A stretch of DNA of 60,954 bases, the filler included, from Catajapyx aquilonaris (taxonomy: Eukaryota): NCBI GenBank assembly GCA_000934665.2. It is 3 parts of 3 records of this genome, joined end to end, with 100 filler letters (N's around TTAATTAATTAA, not from the genome) between each part and the next. Parts side by side here need not be neighbours in the genome. Positions count along the whole stretch, not along the records: positions 20,344 to 40,574 come from JYFJ02006309.1; 2 more parts are not named here. One strand, written 5' to 3'. The position numbers and the translations under genes are program-made. The first letter of the stretch is position 1. Each line of letters starts with the position of its first letter. This document shows positions 22,704 to 37,321 of this stretch, in pieces. The notes beneath the pieces were generated by a model, which saw only the letters and a program-made list of their open reading frames with translations, ran no database searches and had not been told where the DNA came from.

Positions 22704-25700
22704 TGTGAATATCTAATGTGGTATGTCTACTGAACTTGTGCAAAAGCTACATGCTTCCTTCTCAGGTTGGCCACCACGACCATTGATATCAACCAACTTC
22801 CTCAGGTTATCAACGGATATGCGGGAACTTAACAGGAAAACCTCTTCCATGGAAGAAATAGATATTGTATCGTACTGTAGGAACTGATAAGGAATTTACT
22901 CGCATTTAGTTGATTAAAGGTGGCCAGGGAAATGTTCATACAGTATAAGTATGAGTATGTACTAATCTAAGATATACATGACTAAAATGCAATAATAGAA
23001 TAATTCCAAATAAATAAACAATTGAATACCAAATAAATAATATTAAATGCAAATTCATCATTAAATTGGCCTTGATTTATAGGCCAATAATAAATCGCTA
23101 GCTAAAAACGGACATTTCGAACAGCCTGGAGGTTTTTCTATGAACTGCAAGTCATATTTATTTACCTTGAAAACAAGTTTTCGGGCGTTCCCCTTTGTAC
23201 ATGGCCTGTTCCCGCGTATCGTACGTAGGCGACTACGGGGGGGGAAGTACCTACCGGAATGATTCTGACAAAGTGGGAATCCAAGAAGAGGGCTATAAAA
23301 AGAGCATTTTGGAGAAATATTGTCCTTCAGCTGCTCTCTATTGACCCCAATTACTGGTTAATTGCAGATATATTCCCCATAACTTGACCGAACCATGCAG
23401 TTGAAAGTGAAGAGGTAATTTCTCTCAATTCTCTAATGAAGGCCATCAGAGAATATAAGTAAGCAAAAAAGGCGCAACTTTTTGCTAATACGTACAGTAT
23501 ATATATTTTAGTGCTGATGTTATGGTAAGTATACAAGTACAATAATAAAACATCGTAAATCGCAGAATAGTATAGGGGTGGGAATTTTTATATAGCTATT
23601 TTCTACCTATTACTGTAATAATATTATTAATTAAATAATTTTATGTTTTAAAATCGATAACGAAATCGTGAAACGGGGAGATACACTACAAGTGTATTTT
23701 AAAATGAATTTCACAGGATCCGGGCATATGGATTCAGCAGAAATAAGGTGTTCCAAACATATGCTGAATTTCCTGTGATCTTTGTCCTGTTAATACTTCG
23801 TCGCGACTTTGTGCCTGTTGGCTCCAATTCACTTTTCTGTAGGCCTACGCATATGTTTTTTTTTGCCACCAATGTTGTTATTTTTTGGGGCCCTTCAGTT
23901 TTAGCAATAAAAATGGCATTGAAATTGAGTACCGGTACCCGTGACTATAAGCTCATTCTATCGATAAATACAGTACCGTATTGTTGGTCTCGGCACTCTC
24001 TGAAGTATGCTAAATACCTTACGTATACTGCAGTTCTTGCCAAAAGGAGGGAAAAAAAGGCCTCAGAACCCAATAACCCTCAATCTGGAACCTCCCATTA
24101 AATGTGCATAAGAAATGTTTCAAAAAGTCAGCATTAAAAACAGCAATTTAAGTACGGCCTGAGAAAATTGTTTAAAATCTTGGAACCTATCTCATTTACT
24201 TAACTTACATTATAATTTTGTCTCATTTTACGCCTTTTCACTTTAAGCCGCATTTTTCTGGAACCAATTACCGGCAAAATGGTTTAGGGCCTATAAAGCC
24301 TATATGATGCGATATGCTACGCATTGTTGCCATCTCTCATCTTGGTTATTAATCTTACTATACAGGAAGTTTCTGAGGTTGTTAGCCTCGGGGTTCTTGG
24401 GTAAAGAAGACCATAGGCGTTGCTGAAGCCAAAGTTGTGTCTTTCGACAGGTGTAACCCTCGCAAGTTCATTAAGGGTTAACTGATGATCAATAATTTCT
24501 GATTTGGTTCTTTTCATGTGACATTCTGAAATACAACAGTGCTTATAGTTGACATTGTCATTATTTTCTTAACTACATAATATTCTCGATTTCTCTTTTG
24601 CCCAATTGCCCGAGTGACCGTTCTGTTCATTGCACACTTCACTCATCGATAAACTGTGATGACGTAGTAGCACTATGATCGAATCATGCAATAACCGTTG
24701 CAGATGAAACGCAGTTGTATCTACTTGACATTGAACAAACAAGACCACTAACAGATTAACTGACAGTGAGTGCGCTACATTAGATTATTTGGCGTCATTT
24801 TAAGTGGGATTACTATGCAGACAATAAAACAATATCAATTAGGCTGCATTATTGCTTCTTTATGGTCATTTTATCCACGAGCAGCTTGAAGGTGTTTTTC
24901 TGAAACAAAAGGTGCAAATGCAGTGTAACACATGAGTGTAAAGCATTTTTTATTGCATAGTCGTATAAAAACAGAGTCATCATTTTGATTGCCGTATAGT
25001 CTTTGGAATATTGACAGGAACATACATGCACAAAATGTTTCAGCTACCAACAATTTAAAAACCTGCATAAAAAACACTACTATTTATCATAATATGTTGA
25101 GTATCACAGTTGAGCAAATCATAGTTGCACATACAGCAAGAATATTGGTCCCTATATGAGTAGCCTATACTATCACTTGCCTTCCATTATTGCCACGTCA
25201 CCATTGCACATCTATGGAAAAATGTGCGTTTATTTATAAAATCTAAATACTAACTTAATGATTTTTGCGCACGCCTCGTAATGTCATTTGAGATATAAAT
25301 CTACGCAAAATTGCCTTACGAGCAAGAAAATAAAAGTATTTCAAATCTGGGAGCTAACAATAAGTAAGATTCATTCATTATCCTTTCTATTATTCACGGT
25401 TACAGTAGTAATAACTTATGCGTTTCATAATTATGTCAAAGCCAACTTGGACCAGACATAACTTACAACCTTTATAATCACCCTGGATAAACCATGAGTT
25501 TCTGTCCTTCTCCTGTCTTTAAACACTATAGAGTTGTACATGACGGAACACTAATGTGTGACTTTCTGAGTTTTGCTTCGTGCATGTAACTCATTAGTGT
25601 GTAGCCTTCAGTGTGTAACGGACAAGTGAAATAAATTCTCACCATCTACATTCACAGATGAATGTTATAAAATCCAGGATTCACTTATGCTTATCTCCAT

Positions 25701-26146
25701 CAGAGTATCTCCTACCTATGCATAAAACACTGGTTGCCATTAGCCTACAAAAGGATATATAAATCGAATATCTGTGCATGTGCATAGCACATATACTCAA
25801 CCTCCACTTAGAGCTCCCAAGATTCGAAAAATCTCACATACCCGGTATTGTGCGAGCAGATTATGAGGATCACCTTATCAAAACACACACTGTCCACATA
25901 ATGCACAATTTTCACTAAAGGCAGCAACATATGCCCTTTTTTTTTACATATCCCAATATTGAAAAGTTGGACAAGTTGTGTTGTGAAACGACAATCCTCA
26001 ATAAAACATGACAGAAGTAGCTCTTTGCAATTAAAAAAACATAAAAAATTATGGCTCGCAACCCGGTAGTGACTATATCCATTTTGATAAATTAGGAAAT
26101 GTCCATGACGCATGAACACACGTCCTTACTTCTTGGAAGCGGAAAC

Positions 26147-29100
26147 TCAACTACCCATACCATTTGCATTAAGTTTGTGACCTTCCTCCTTGTCTTCCGA
26201 TGTCTTGACTTGGTCATATCTTTCCCTGCTTGTGCTATTTTGCCTGGCAGGCAATTGAAGCATGGCAAACACGAATATTAGCAAAGCTCCAAGGCCTAGA
26301 GTAACGCAAGCCAGCATAAAACCCAGTCCAGGTAGGGATGCCACCAGTTTCATTTTGGACAAAAGTTTGTCATCCATTTCGTAGCTATGGCTGATCCACA
26401 TGACGGGGAAAAAGACCCTCGGAAGGTGCTCAGTCAATCTGAAAATAGCAGTACCAATAATTGTTATTCATACTCAGTCTTCAGCTTTTCTCGGTGCAGA
26501 ATGACCACTACATATACTAGGTAATAAAACTGCAATTCACAACCTGATCACACCGGTTTGGGGTTTTTTTTTTACACAATAAGTCAGTAGGTAGGATTGT
26601 CCTTTACAAGGTCACCCCTTTTACGCACACACACAGATACATTATTTTACATAGGTGTGGGAAATACCAGTTCGTTGGAAAAATAATATATGCACATATT
26701 ACCGTTAAACTCTTGTGCAACATTAGGCTAGCCGATATGCGCATTGTAATGAAACATATGTTTGTATGCAAGATATTTCATTCAATCCATTCCATTTTCT
26801 GTAGAGTTCACACACACAACAATACAGTAACTTATTTATAGACTTCAGTATTACCTTATTAGCAAAATGTGTAGCTATTCACTGTGACGACCGTGTAAAA
26901 TGACAAATTGAAAGAGGTCAACCAACTTGATGGGTATATTTTCACTACAGTAAAACCTCGATATAAAGCTCTTCAAGGGATCGCTCAAAAGTAGCGTTAG
27001 AAGCGGGATAGCGTTACATGCGGGAAAATTTACATTATGGAAATGATGAAGGGACAGGCAAAAATGGGCGTTATATGCGGGAGCGTTATATCGAGGTATT
27101 ACTGTATACATTGCATATAACTGCGAAATCTATATAAATAAAGCCGTTTGTGAGTCTGTCTGTCTGTCTGTCCGCCTGCCAACCGTCATTTGCCTGCCAT
27201 CAAGAGCTGCGGTCCGGGTGGGAAGGACGGGAGGGGTTGCAGCTGAGGTGGGATTAGAGTAGATCCAGATTGTGAGCAGGTGGGAGGAGGGAGCGCCGGA
27301 GAGGAGCTATTGTTCTCCGGCGGCTTAATCAGGAGCAGATGGACAAGGTGGCACGTGCAAAAGTCCACTTTTTGCCAAGTCCAAAACGTCTGGGAAAACT
27401 GTCATGGCAGCTCTCTGTGCGTAAAAATTTTCACGGGGCTACTGGCAGGTGTTTTCCCTTCATTCATTTCTTCCCGGGCAACGCCGGGTGCCGCGGCTAG
27501 TAATTCTATAAGCTTAATTAATTACAGAAACAAGAATCAAAGATCAAACTGTGACATCTGAAACTTACTGTATTCCTTCAATTGGCTGGATTAAGAAGTT
27601 GAGTTGTGTCTTCGCACTAGCCTTGACAGTCACACCGGCTGTCTGCAGGTAGATAAAATGTGACATCAGAGTCCAATCATTAACCTTGAGTGAAAGAGGT
27701 CTTTAATTGAACTCACAGGTTCCAGATCCAAGTAAAACTGGTGCTTGGACTTGTTAGGTTCCATCCCTTCCACTGCTTCAAGATAGATGGGATCGGCGTC
27801 GTAGAAATGTGGTAAAGACATGAAGGTCGGTGCACCGCGTCTGCATGACGTGACGTTATGAAGGCCGTTGGGTGCACATATAGAGTCCGGTTCACGACCA
27901 CAGTAGCACTCATGCCCATCCTTCTTGGCTCCGAAAAATGTCTCGTCGGATCCGTACCTGTATACCGTTAGACCTTTCATGTCTACCTTTTCTTGGAATG
28001 GCAACGTGAGGATCCTGCAAGAAAAATATGCCGATTAAGTGTCTACATTTCAATATTAAATTAAAGTTGAACATATTTATTTATTAAAAACCCAGTAACG
28101 AGACCCTTGTTCTCTATGACCAACCTGCAGAGTCCGTATGCATATAACGAAATGTTGTCTTGCTTCCGGCCTGGGGGAAAGAGAGATCCATCTGATGCAT
28201 TGACACTGTTGCATGGTGCATTGTAGAAGTCATTTGTACTGCTGTAATTCCAGGAGGCCAGTCTTCCGAGCTTATTTATGTCATCTTCTCCAGTGTAAAG
28301 ATTGAAGGCACCGTCAATACCAAGAGAGCCATTTCTCTGTTAAACAATGCATTCAGTTAGTACAAGTCTTTAAATTGTGCGTAAGACGACGTACCCCGTA
28401 GAAAAACCCGAATTTATCGGGCGCTCCAGTTCCGGGAATGAATGAAGCTACTTTGAGCAATGGATCCGGATATCCGTCAAACATGATGTCCCCGACCCTT
28501 CTTCGAACTAGTGCCTTTATTCCCATCATGCTCAGAGTTTTGGACATGACGAATTTCACAACGTCTGATGCATACCGAGCTTGATGTACCATGGCCTAAA
28601 ATAAAATAGATCATTAATGGAATATATAGCCACCGCTTTTTGGTTCACACTTACGAAGAAGATGAAATGTAATAATAAAACTTACAATAATTGGAACGTT
28701 GAGAGTGTAGATAATGTCATCTAATGATGCTTCTGTCAAGGACGGTTCAAACACCCATGATATGTTGAGCTGATATGAAATAGTTAGGTTTGAGTTATGC
28801 TGAGCAGTTGGTCTGTACCGCGTTTCTCTGAAAGTGAGCATAAATATAAAGTTAGCCTTTACTAGAACCTTCAAATGTCATTAATTTTTTTGTCACGCCA
28901 TCATTAAACTGCATTGAAAATAAATATTTTTTTCCCTGACATTAACCTTCAAAGGACTTGTTCTTAGTCCCACAAGAAGGTGAAGGATGTGAAATAATCA
29001 TGAGACATTCAGAGAGAGTTCTTGCATAATGTCATGGTCTGGGAGAATGGGGAACCGGGCCCCTACATAAGTGAATTTATTTCGTTGATTTATTACTCAT

Positions 29101-29622
29101 GAAAATAAATCAGAAATTAAGTCGATCATTGCACTATCTGAAAATTACGATAAAGTTCAAAATGAATTTCTAAAAGCAGCTGATGGTTGATTAGAAATAA
29201 TATTAGCGACCCATTCAGGATTTAGGTCATACATGTTATTTTTATTAGCTAAAATGCATTCATTACCTGTATGTGTATGGTCCCACCTCCTCCAGGACTG
29301 GTTTGGCACCATCTCTCATCACCTCCTCATGATTGGTGCAATTGAAAAGATATATTCGCATATGGACGGTGGCGTCTGGAAACTTCCACATTTCCAAAAC
29401 CGTGGACTCTGGACCCAGGACGAGATTCTGCAGAATTCCAAAATAACAAGAAAATGTAGCGGTCCATATTAAATGTGCAGGAAATATTGAATATTACAGA
29501 CTTACCTTGTGCAAAATGTGGTCAAATAAGGTGGGCCAATAATATGCCATGAGGTTTCCGAAGAGGAAGAAGAAAATCCCCACACAAGCCAAGACTTTCC
29601 ATCGAATTCCCTTCTGGGGCAT
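26147..29622 (-). CDS. CD36 family / class B scavenger receptor (croquemort/SCARB-like), ~498 aa, 8 coding exons
   Basis: Exons 29506-29622, 29267-29427 (IYLFNCTNHEEV..GAKPVLEEVGPYTY), 28686-28827, 28395-28595 (FDGYPDPLL..KFGFFY), 28125-28336 (RNGS..G.FNLYTGEDD...SDGSLFPP), 27717-28014 (C.PNGLHNVTSCRRGAPTFMSLPHFYDADP...H.FYLDLEP), 27569-27642, 26147-26438 (FFPVMW, C-terminal TM). All borders are GT-AG, phases are consistent, and both N- and C-terminal TM segments are present. Confidence 0.93.
26948..27104. mobile_element. pogo/Tigger-like MITE in the last CD36 intron
   Basis: TA-cagtaaaacctcgatataa ... ttatatcgaggtattactg-TA. Confidence 0.8.
27129..27500 (+). mobile_element. Non-autonomous Helitron
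   Basis: Inserted between A and T; 5' TCTATATAAATAAA, (GTCT)n microsatellite, 3' hairpin cccgggcaacgccggg, terminal CTAG. Confidence 0.85.
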
Positions 29623-29955
29623 GGTGCCATTGGTTTCTCTGAAAAGACACAATGAGAAGAACTTCTTGAACACCACAACGGGCAAGATGGTAGGGGATAT
29701 ATGATTCATCAGAAAAAAATGGTCCAATTATAATAATAAAAGTTATAAACATTTCTTTTTCATTTACCTCTACTGTATGGTATATACACTCTTAACCATT
29801 TACCTTCTCTAGAGAGGGTAAGAAAGTGGCCATTTTTTTTTACCTTACATTGTAGGGTAAATATTCTTGGGTAAATTGATTCTAAGGTAAATTTTGCATG
29901 TATTACCTTAGAAAATAGAGGGTAAAAAAGGGCTTCTTTTTTACCCTCTATTTAG

Positions 29956-30236
29956 TTAGGATTGAGTGACATGTGTCCACTGTGGAGTCATGAGAAATGG
30001 ACTGTGGGAAAATATGTTGCATTTTTCTGCACTTGTCGAGATACACTCTTAACCATTTACATGTATTGCCTTAGAAAATAGAGGGTAAAAAAGGGCTTCT
30101 TTTTTACCCTCTATTTTCTAAGGCAATACATGTAAATGGTTAAGAGTGTATCTCGACAAGTGCAGAAAAATGCAACATATTTTCCCACAGTCCATTTCTC
30201 ATGACTCCACAGTGGACACATGTCACTCAATCCTAA
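29956..30236. repeat. Perfect 138-bp-arm palindrome with 5-nt loop
   Basis: ttaggattgagtgac...gagggtaaaaaag-ggctt-cttttttaccctc...gtcactcaatcctaa. Confidence 0.9.
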
Positions 30237-33200
30237 TGCTGTATAAAGATCAACACTTTATTGAACCTTTGACTAATCATGGAAAACCTCTGATTATATC
30301 CACAATGCATCATCAACCCATATCTCCTTAATTATCATTCATATTGGCTCTAAATGTCAGGAAACAATATGGAGTGTCGGTCGGAACAGTCAGTTGCCCT
30401 TGAATATTCCTTACCAAGGAGCGGGCTCTCTAGTCAGTAGAATCTTCAGCCGAATGAAGACAGTGTATTGTGACATTCGTGGCCACAAAAGCACTGTGAA
30501 TTGCCATGATTGGTGAACCGTACACATGACAAGTCTCGTTTTGGACACTCCGTAGCGCTGTCACTGACCCCAACATACCGACAGGCATATTCATGGTGAT
30601 CGGCCCATCACAAAAGGTCACATTATCAACACAATTGTTTTAGACCTGTGACCACAATATATTATTAGAATTGGTGATATTAACATACCGTGAACCTTCA
30701 GGATCTTGCAAAATTTTGACACCCTCACAAAAAATGGCATCGTCCTTCATGACTTCCACAATGAGAATGGGTCAGGAGCACTAAGAATGACTGCGCGATC
30801 ACAGAAGGAATGTGCTCCAATGAAGTGTGAGGAAATGGAGCTGATATCAAGTCCAAAGAGTGGTCAGGTCGAGGTTATCTGTGACCGTTCCAGCAGGAGC
30901 ACACATGTGTGGTGTTAATGGGAACCCAGTCAGTGTTGAACTAAAAATTTTACACATCCAGTGTGAATAATATATACGCGGTATATCAGTATGACAACAT
31001 TAATGTGTTATATAACAACCTGTTTTTCCATTATCATTGTTGTTTTTAACTCTCACAAAGGTGAACATACCCTTTTTTTAATTTAATTAATTACTGCCCA
31101 TTGGGTACCGAGGCAACCGGGGTTTGTCCCTAATGATACCAAAGGTGACCCCAAGGAAAAATAACACCATCAAAACATGTAACGAGTAATTTGTAGAGCT
31201 CAAATCACATTTACTGACACGATTAAAAATATCCAGAAATCATGCCCAATATGACGTCAAGTAAATGCAATAAATTACTTTCCGTTCTCACAGTGGGCAC
31301 TCGATGGCATTAATCACCCAAGAACAAAAAGTACAATTTCACCATGCATCATGTAAAAAATGACATGAAACTTTGCACATTTATTACTACATTTTAAACC
31401 TACGTTGAAAAAACTACTCATAAAATTCCATGCACTGCAATATGAAAAAAAAACTACATTATGATGCACAAGGTTAGCCCTTTCTTGACTAGATGCCTTT
31501 GAAATGCGTCAATGTTATTACACCTGGAAACGATTAATACTCAACTATCACGCGTACTATACCTTAAATTAGTGGTTATTGACAATATTGGTTTATGAAT
31601 ATTTGAGCTAACCAATAATTAATTATAGCCCATGGAGTCACGCTTTTTCTGCAGACTCATACGTAATACCACACTGTCGCTGGGCTCATCTTACAGCATG
31701 TAATGTGCAATCCGAGAAGCGGGACACTTAATACGATAACCCGATAAGTTATTATCTCAATGTCTGCCATAGACAGCAGGCAGTGTTCAATTCACTTCCT
31801 ATACACGCGCTTGGCCTTCAATTGGAGGTCAAAAAATCCCCACCAGGTCGACTCATACTGACCATTTCACATACTGGCTTTCTATATACTGAATGAGTGT
31901 GACGTCATGGAAACTTCTACTGACGTACTAGTAGGTGTGTGGCAATAATTAAAATGCCAATGCTTGCTGCCATATAGACATACGGTTGATGTTAAATTTA
32001 AATATCAATCGCGCGTATTCGAGCTTGAAATTAATTCAATGGGTTACAATTGCTTAAGTATGTCGCTTATCGGCCATATACAAGAGATTAGATCAAACAC
32101 TTGCACGGCCATTATTGTTCACTAAACAATGTTAGGCAACATCTGGTGCGAAGCACTGCTACAAAACAATAATCATACAAGGTGCTGGGCTATGGTAATT
32201 TGCTGGAAATCCCCTTGGTGTCTATTGTATAGCCGACACAACAAGAAACAAATATGTTGCTAAAATTTGAACTTATTACTCATAAACTACTTGAACAATG
32301 CTATGCATAACATATGTATACAGTACGTGGCTGTATACATTACTGAAAAACATGTCTGGCGCTATCAGTTTGTCTTCAAATTTCTATGAACATCTTGATA
32401 TACAATATGTGGCAGACCTTCAATTATTGTGTAGCCAATTAATTTTTTAAGCCATTACATGCACTTTTCTCTAGATGCACATGTCACTGACAATCTGACT
32501 TCACAGTACCGCAGCTTTGCATATTTCGATCTTCTATATATAGCCCGGAAACGTAAACAGTAAATAGTCAACGACCTCACCACATCGTACTAGATCCGAT
32601 AGCAACCTTGAGAACACCCACTTTCCACATGTATACAACTTGGTGGGAACAGCACGTGAGCAACACACACGTTCAAAACGTAAACATCGTTTGTCATTCT
32701 TCTCATATGGCACGAAGGTACTGTACATTCGGCCAATTATACTCGATATATTAACTAGCAAATTTAATATGCTGTTTGTTTACAATACATTACGCTGCCT
32801 GCACCAATGGCATCATTGTTGGTGTCAACTTAGTATTGGCATATTGTCACACCCAAACATACCTTGCACGATGCAGTCACATGTCTTTCTCAACTGTACA
32901 GTACGGTAAATACTCCTGGCAGCAACACACGTGTTGTACACTCTCAACTCCGAAAGCGACTCAACCTTGTCCTCGCCTCGGCCATGTGTTATACTCTCCC
33001 CTCATGTGTGTGTGTGCGCGCGAATGCGTGCGTGTGTGTGTAAAGTACGAGCTTGGCATACATATGAGGAAGTCACCAAACTACTTTTTTTTAGTTGTTC
33101 CTTTGGCCCGGGGGTGGGCTAGAAAAAGACATGTGGAGTTGTGGAATAGGCGACATTGGGCATTGGTCGGTACCATACAAAGACATACCGACATGTACTG

Positions 33201-34820
33201 AAATCGTCGGGGGTTAGCTGAGGTTAAGGGTACAGTACGATTTAGGAATTCGCCTAATATTACACGCACTCACATGCACGCGACCTGGCATGATGCCAAA
33301 AATAGCCGTAACTATACACGTCACCATTGTTTAATGTCGGTTCATTACATTACCACGGAGGGTCAATCAGGATCTGTCGCTTATGGGTATCATCTTCCTA
33401 TTGAGACAAGGGCGTCGGTTGCTTGGGTACCCCCATTGAGTACATCGTTTTTGTCCCAGGAATGTAGTTGCAGGTATCAGGGAATCCCCCAGAAGACCGG
33501 CTAATAAACCGGATTTTCCGCAGAAGGTATACGTTAGGGCGTCTAGACTGACGTGAATGATAGTACCGGTACCTGAATTCGGCGAACCTGAAATGTTTCG
33601 AAAAAAAAAAAAAAAGATCTGTGGGGATATTTTTAGGACGTCATTGGTATTTACGTGGTACCATGAAGTTGCCTGGACATGTTTTCAAGAGCAAAGGTGC
33701 TAACACAGAAAAGATATGCACGAAGGTCAAAGATGCGCCGGCACTTTTATTACACCTTTGTGTGATATACGACAGTGATTACTGTATGGGCGTAGTAAAA
33801 TATACTTTTTTTTCCTATACATTCATATCAATTGTTTATTCGTTACAAAATTAGGCGCTATAAGTACTGGGAATTACAAATATGGGTTTTTACATTTTCG
33901 CATTTCACACTTGCCCACTCTATTGTTCTCTGAAATGTATTCCGCCTACAAAGAACAATTGACGTGCAAATTTTTTTTACATTTGATGAAGTCATGATCC
34001 AAAGCGTAATTCACACTTAGCTCTTGTTTACTCCCCAGTTTTTTTTTGTGCTCGCCCTGTGGGTCAAATGTAAACAGACTCTGAAAGGGTTGAATATAAG
34101 AATGCAACACATTCTGTGACGTAACCCATCTGTTTTTGTTACCCATCAGAACTTTCCAAATGTGTTAATGACCCGAAAAATCCGTACCCTCAAGGACGCC
34201 TCTGAAATAAAGTTAGCTCTCCCGAAAAAGTGTGGACAACTTACCCTCATATTACGGGGGTCAAGCTGTGGTAGAATCGTCAACACTGTCCAAAATGAGA
34301 GGGAGTGACCTTGCCCCATTACAAAACAAGAGTTGGAACCTTCTTATCACTACCAAGCTTCCCATGTAAGCATATGCAACAAAGGGAGAAGGAAGAACTG
34401 ATAAGGTTGGAGGAATAAAAATCAGCAGAGTCCATTTTGCTCTCAAGTGAGGTCATTATCTGGCTGAAATCCATTTGGAGAAAGGCCAGAGTTGGGCCAA
34501 GTTCTCCACTTAGAACGTAGTTTTAATAAATAGGTGGTCGGTCACTACCCCCTAGTGATCCACGTGTTGTACGCTGCCATTTTGTTATCAATGGTGGGCC
34601 TTCTGGCAGGATAGGTAGAGGAATTATTTAACCGAAGATGTATTTTTTTTGGTCATTTTTTACGCATAATATTATTGTTCACTCCAGCAATCAGTTTGAA
34701 TAAAATATAATAATAATAATTTGTACCCCGTGCTAGAGCCATGGGCCCTCTTAGGGGGGTGGGATACCAATATTTTTTAAATATCGGGAACTCTTACTTT
34801 CATTTTTACTTCTCTTATAT

Positions 34821-34998
34821 GGGGATGGGTTAGGGACGGAAGGAAGCGGCTGTGGCCTATAATACCCCGGAATTTTCCTGGTGAGACCATGGGAAACCAC
34901 AGAAAACCACGGTCAGGGTCGGCGGCCCCCGGGATTCGAACCCAGGACCTCCCGATTAGCAGTCGGATACCATATCCCCTCCGCTACCACTGCTTCGG
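34821..34998 (-). mobile_element. tRNA-derived SINE, family A copy 3
   Basis: Same core (ggaaggaagcggctgtggccta...cgaacccaggacctcccgattagcagtcgga...tgcttcggt). Confidence 0.8.
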
Positions 34999-36599
34999 TA
35001 GTTTGAATAAAATAGACAATTAGTTGAAAAATTCCCAAGGAATAAATTGAGGTTTATGTATGTTGAAAAGTGCGATTGACGTAGGTCATTTGTTATTGCA
35101 GATGCGTCTAAGGGCATCGACGGTCATCTACCTCTCTCATTGGTTTCAAATCAATTGAACTGAGATGATTGCCGTCTTTAGCCAATGCACTTTGATTGGG
35201 TGAGTAAACTATTAAGTAGGCGGCAGGTCAAGCACCTAACTCTTATAGACTTACCCTCTTTATGAGGGCTTATTATAGGCTATGACGACAGTTTTACTGA
35301 TGCTTAGAGATGAATCTAGAAGTTTAATTGCTTAAATGACTATTGCAAACGACATTACACCATGCCATTTTTAATGAGATATATACTTAATATTAATTTA
35401 CGGAAGAAAAACGGAATTTGTTTTTTTACGGTAGCTCTATGATTTCTCAAAGAGTTCGCGATGCTATATTAGGTTGGTGACACCTGGTTATTGACATAGT
35501 GATACTGGACTTCAAGCACTTCAAGGATAACATATCCTGGCAAATATTCGTACTCTTCCTGCTTCAACCTTCCAGTTTTTGAGACTATATGCAGTGTGGG
35601 TATGTGTATCGTCAACACGTATATCGTTTAGGCACCGGGCTCTGTAATTTCATTTCTACTAAAAGGAAATTCTAGAGAAAGTCATCGTCTAACAACAGAG
35701 CCAAACGTGGCGGCACAATATGATACAAACACCAAATATTCCCATAGAATTATCTATTAAGTCACGGAAAAACCTGTGTACAGAATAATATAAATGACAT
35801 CTAAGAGCTTTATATGGTGAGAAACACCCGTAATTAAGTTGTAGTTACGATAGCCATCATCAGCACGGCATGGTAAAGCGACATGCTTGGTATTGCGAAA
35901 TAACTCTAAAAAATCAGACAACTGGAGGTAACTAATGCCATAATTGTCATTGAATCATGTGGCACAGTACCATACGTATAATGATGTTGCATGACCAACT
36001 TGGTTTCCCTGCGCGAGTGTTGCACAACAAAATGTGCTAATATGAGATATGGCATGTTAAGAGAATACTGAGGCTTGTTGTCAATTAAAAGAAGGGTAGT
36101 ACTCCATACAGCGTACAATCTAATTAGAGGTAGGTACACATGAACAAACGCGACCAAAATATGACTCTGATCATTATTAATTCCAAGTATTAATTTGTCG
36201 AATTATGATATAGAGCTTAATGGATTCATGCCCCCCTTGCACCCAGTTTTATGTCATGGTTTTATCACTTTTTGCAAATGCTGGGGGTACTGAGGGCTCG
36301 TGAAGGGTTCTACATGCTATAATTCCAGGTCCAAGAAATACGTAAGTCACTTCGTATAATATTCAGTTTCATTATTTTGACGGTTGTAATTACTTATGCC
36401 TTATGCCATTACATAAGTTACTAGGAATAACTTTTATTACTCGCTGGATGTGGGAAACTTTTTTTTTTGTTTAATGCCAGCGCATCTCATATAATTATAA
36501 CAAGTAAGAAAAACCCGCTCCATGGTAGTCACAGAAACCCTTCCTGTGGCTTATCGAACTACATACACATATGATTAATACACCTTGAACGTAATGATC

Positions 36600-36780
36600 A
36601 TCTGAGCCTGAGTTAATTGCTATTGCTGTGACTTATTGTTAGCTATTGCACAATTTTTGATATAAATCTGGTGAGCCTGAGCAATGACTATTGCTATTGC
36701 TATGACTTATTGTTAGCTATATATTGCACAATTTTTGATATACATCTGGTGAGTCTGACTCAATAACTATTGCTATTACC
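36600..36780. repeat. Degenerate tandem repeat, ~70-80-bp unit, ~2.5 copies
   Basis: Repeated gcctgag..ctattgct..gacttattgttagcta..ttgcacaatttttgatata.atctggtgag. Confidence 0.65.
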
Positions 36781-36802
36781 TATTTATACTAGGGGCAAGA
36801 TA

Positions 36803-37084
36803 ACTCATGCGTTTGGGGAGGTGGCTTGTGACCTTGGCAACACAAATAATTAACCCCGCCCCCTACCGGTCGACTAATCATGATTTGATTTCAAAGGAGG
36901 TGGGCGTTATGTTCTAAAACCTCAAGAATGAGATGAGTTTGTTTATACACTAACGCAATTGGTAACCCAGCAGGGGGGAAATATTTCCCCACCAATCGTT
37001 CTAAATTCCATACAAAAAACTTGGCAGGGGGCGGGGCTAATTATGGCTGCCAATGTCACAAGCCACCTCCCCAAACGCACGAGT
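36803..37084. mobile_element. MITE-like element with ~60-bp imperfect TIRs
   Basis: actcatgcgtttggggaggtggcttgtgac / gtcacaagccacctccccaaacgcacgagt. Confidence 0.65.
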
Positions 37085-37321
37085 TTTTTAAAAAAGCTGT
37101 TATTGAAATTAGAGTGTTGCGGATTATACGTGCATCGCCAAAAAATAAAATTTAAAATTAAAGTCCGAAAAAATGTGTCGAATTTTCGTTCCACTGCTAA
37201 CTTAGCAGTAGGCCTACCAGTGCCAGCACTGCGGTACTGCTAAGTTAGCAGTGCAGTGGGACGAGAATTCCACCATATCAATATGTCTCGCCAACAAAGA
37301 AATAGTAGTTTGTTATGTACG

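Noticed and set aside
21978..22743. Overlapping and antisense ORFs at the MMP
   Set aside because: Shadow frames of a GC-rich coding sequence with no recognisable motifs.
23240..24530. Possible small spliced gene upstream of the MMP (ORF 24317-24517 with AG/GT-like borders)
   Set aside because: No recognisable protein and no consistent exon chain; could be UTR or non-coding.
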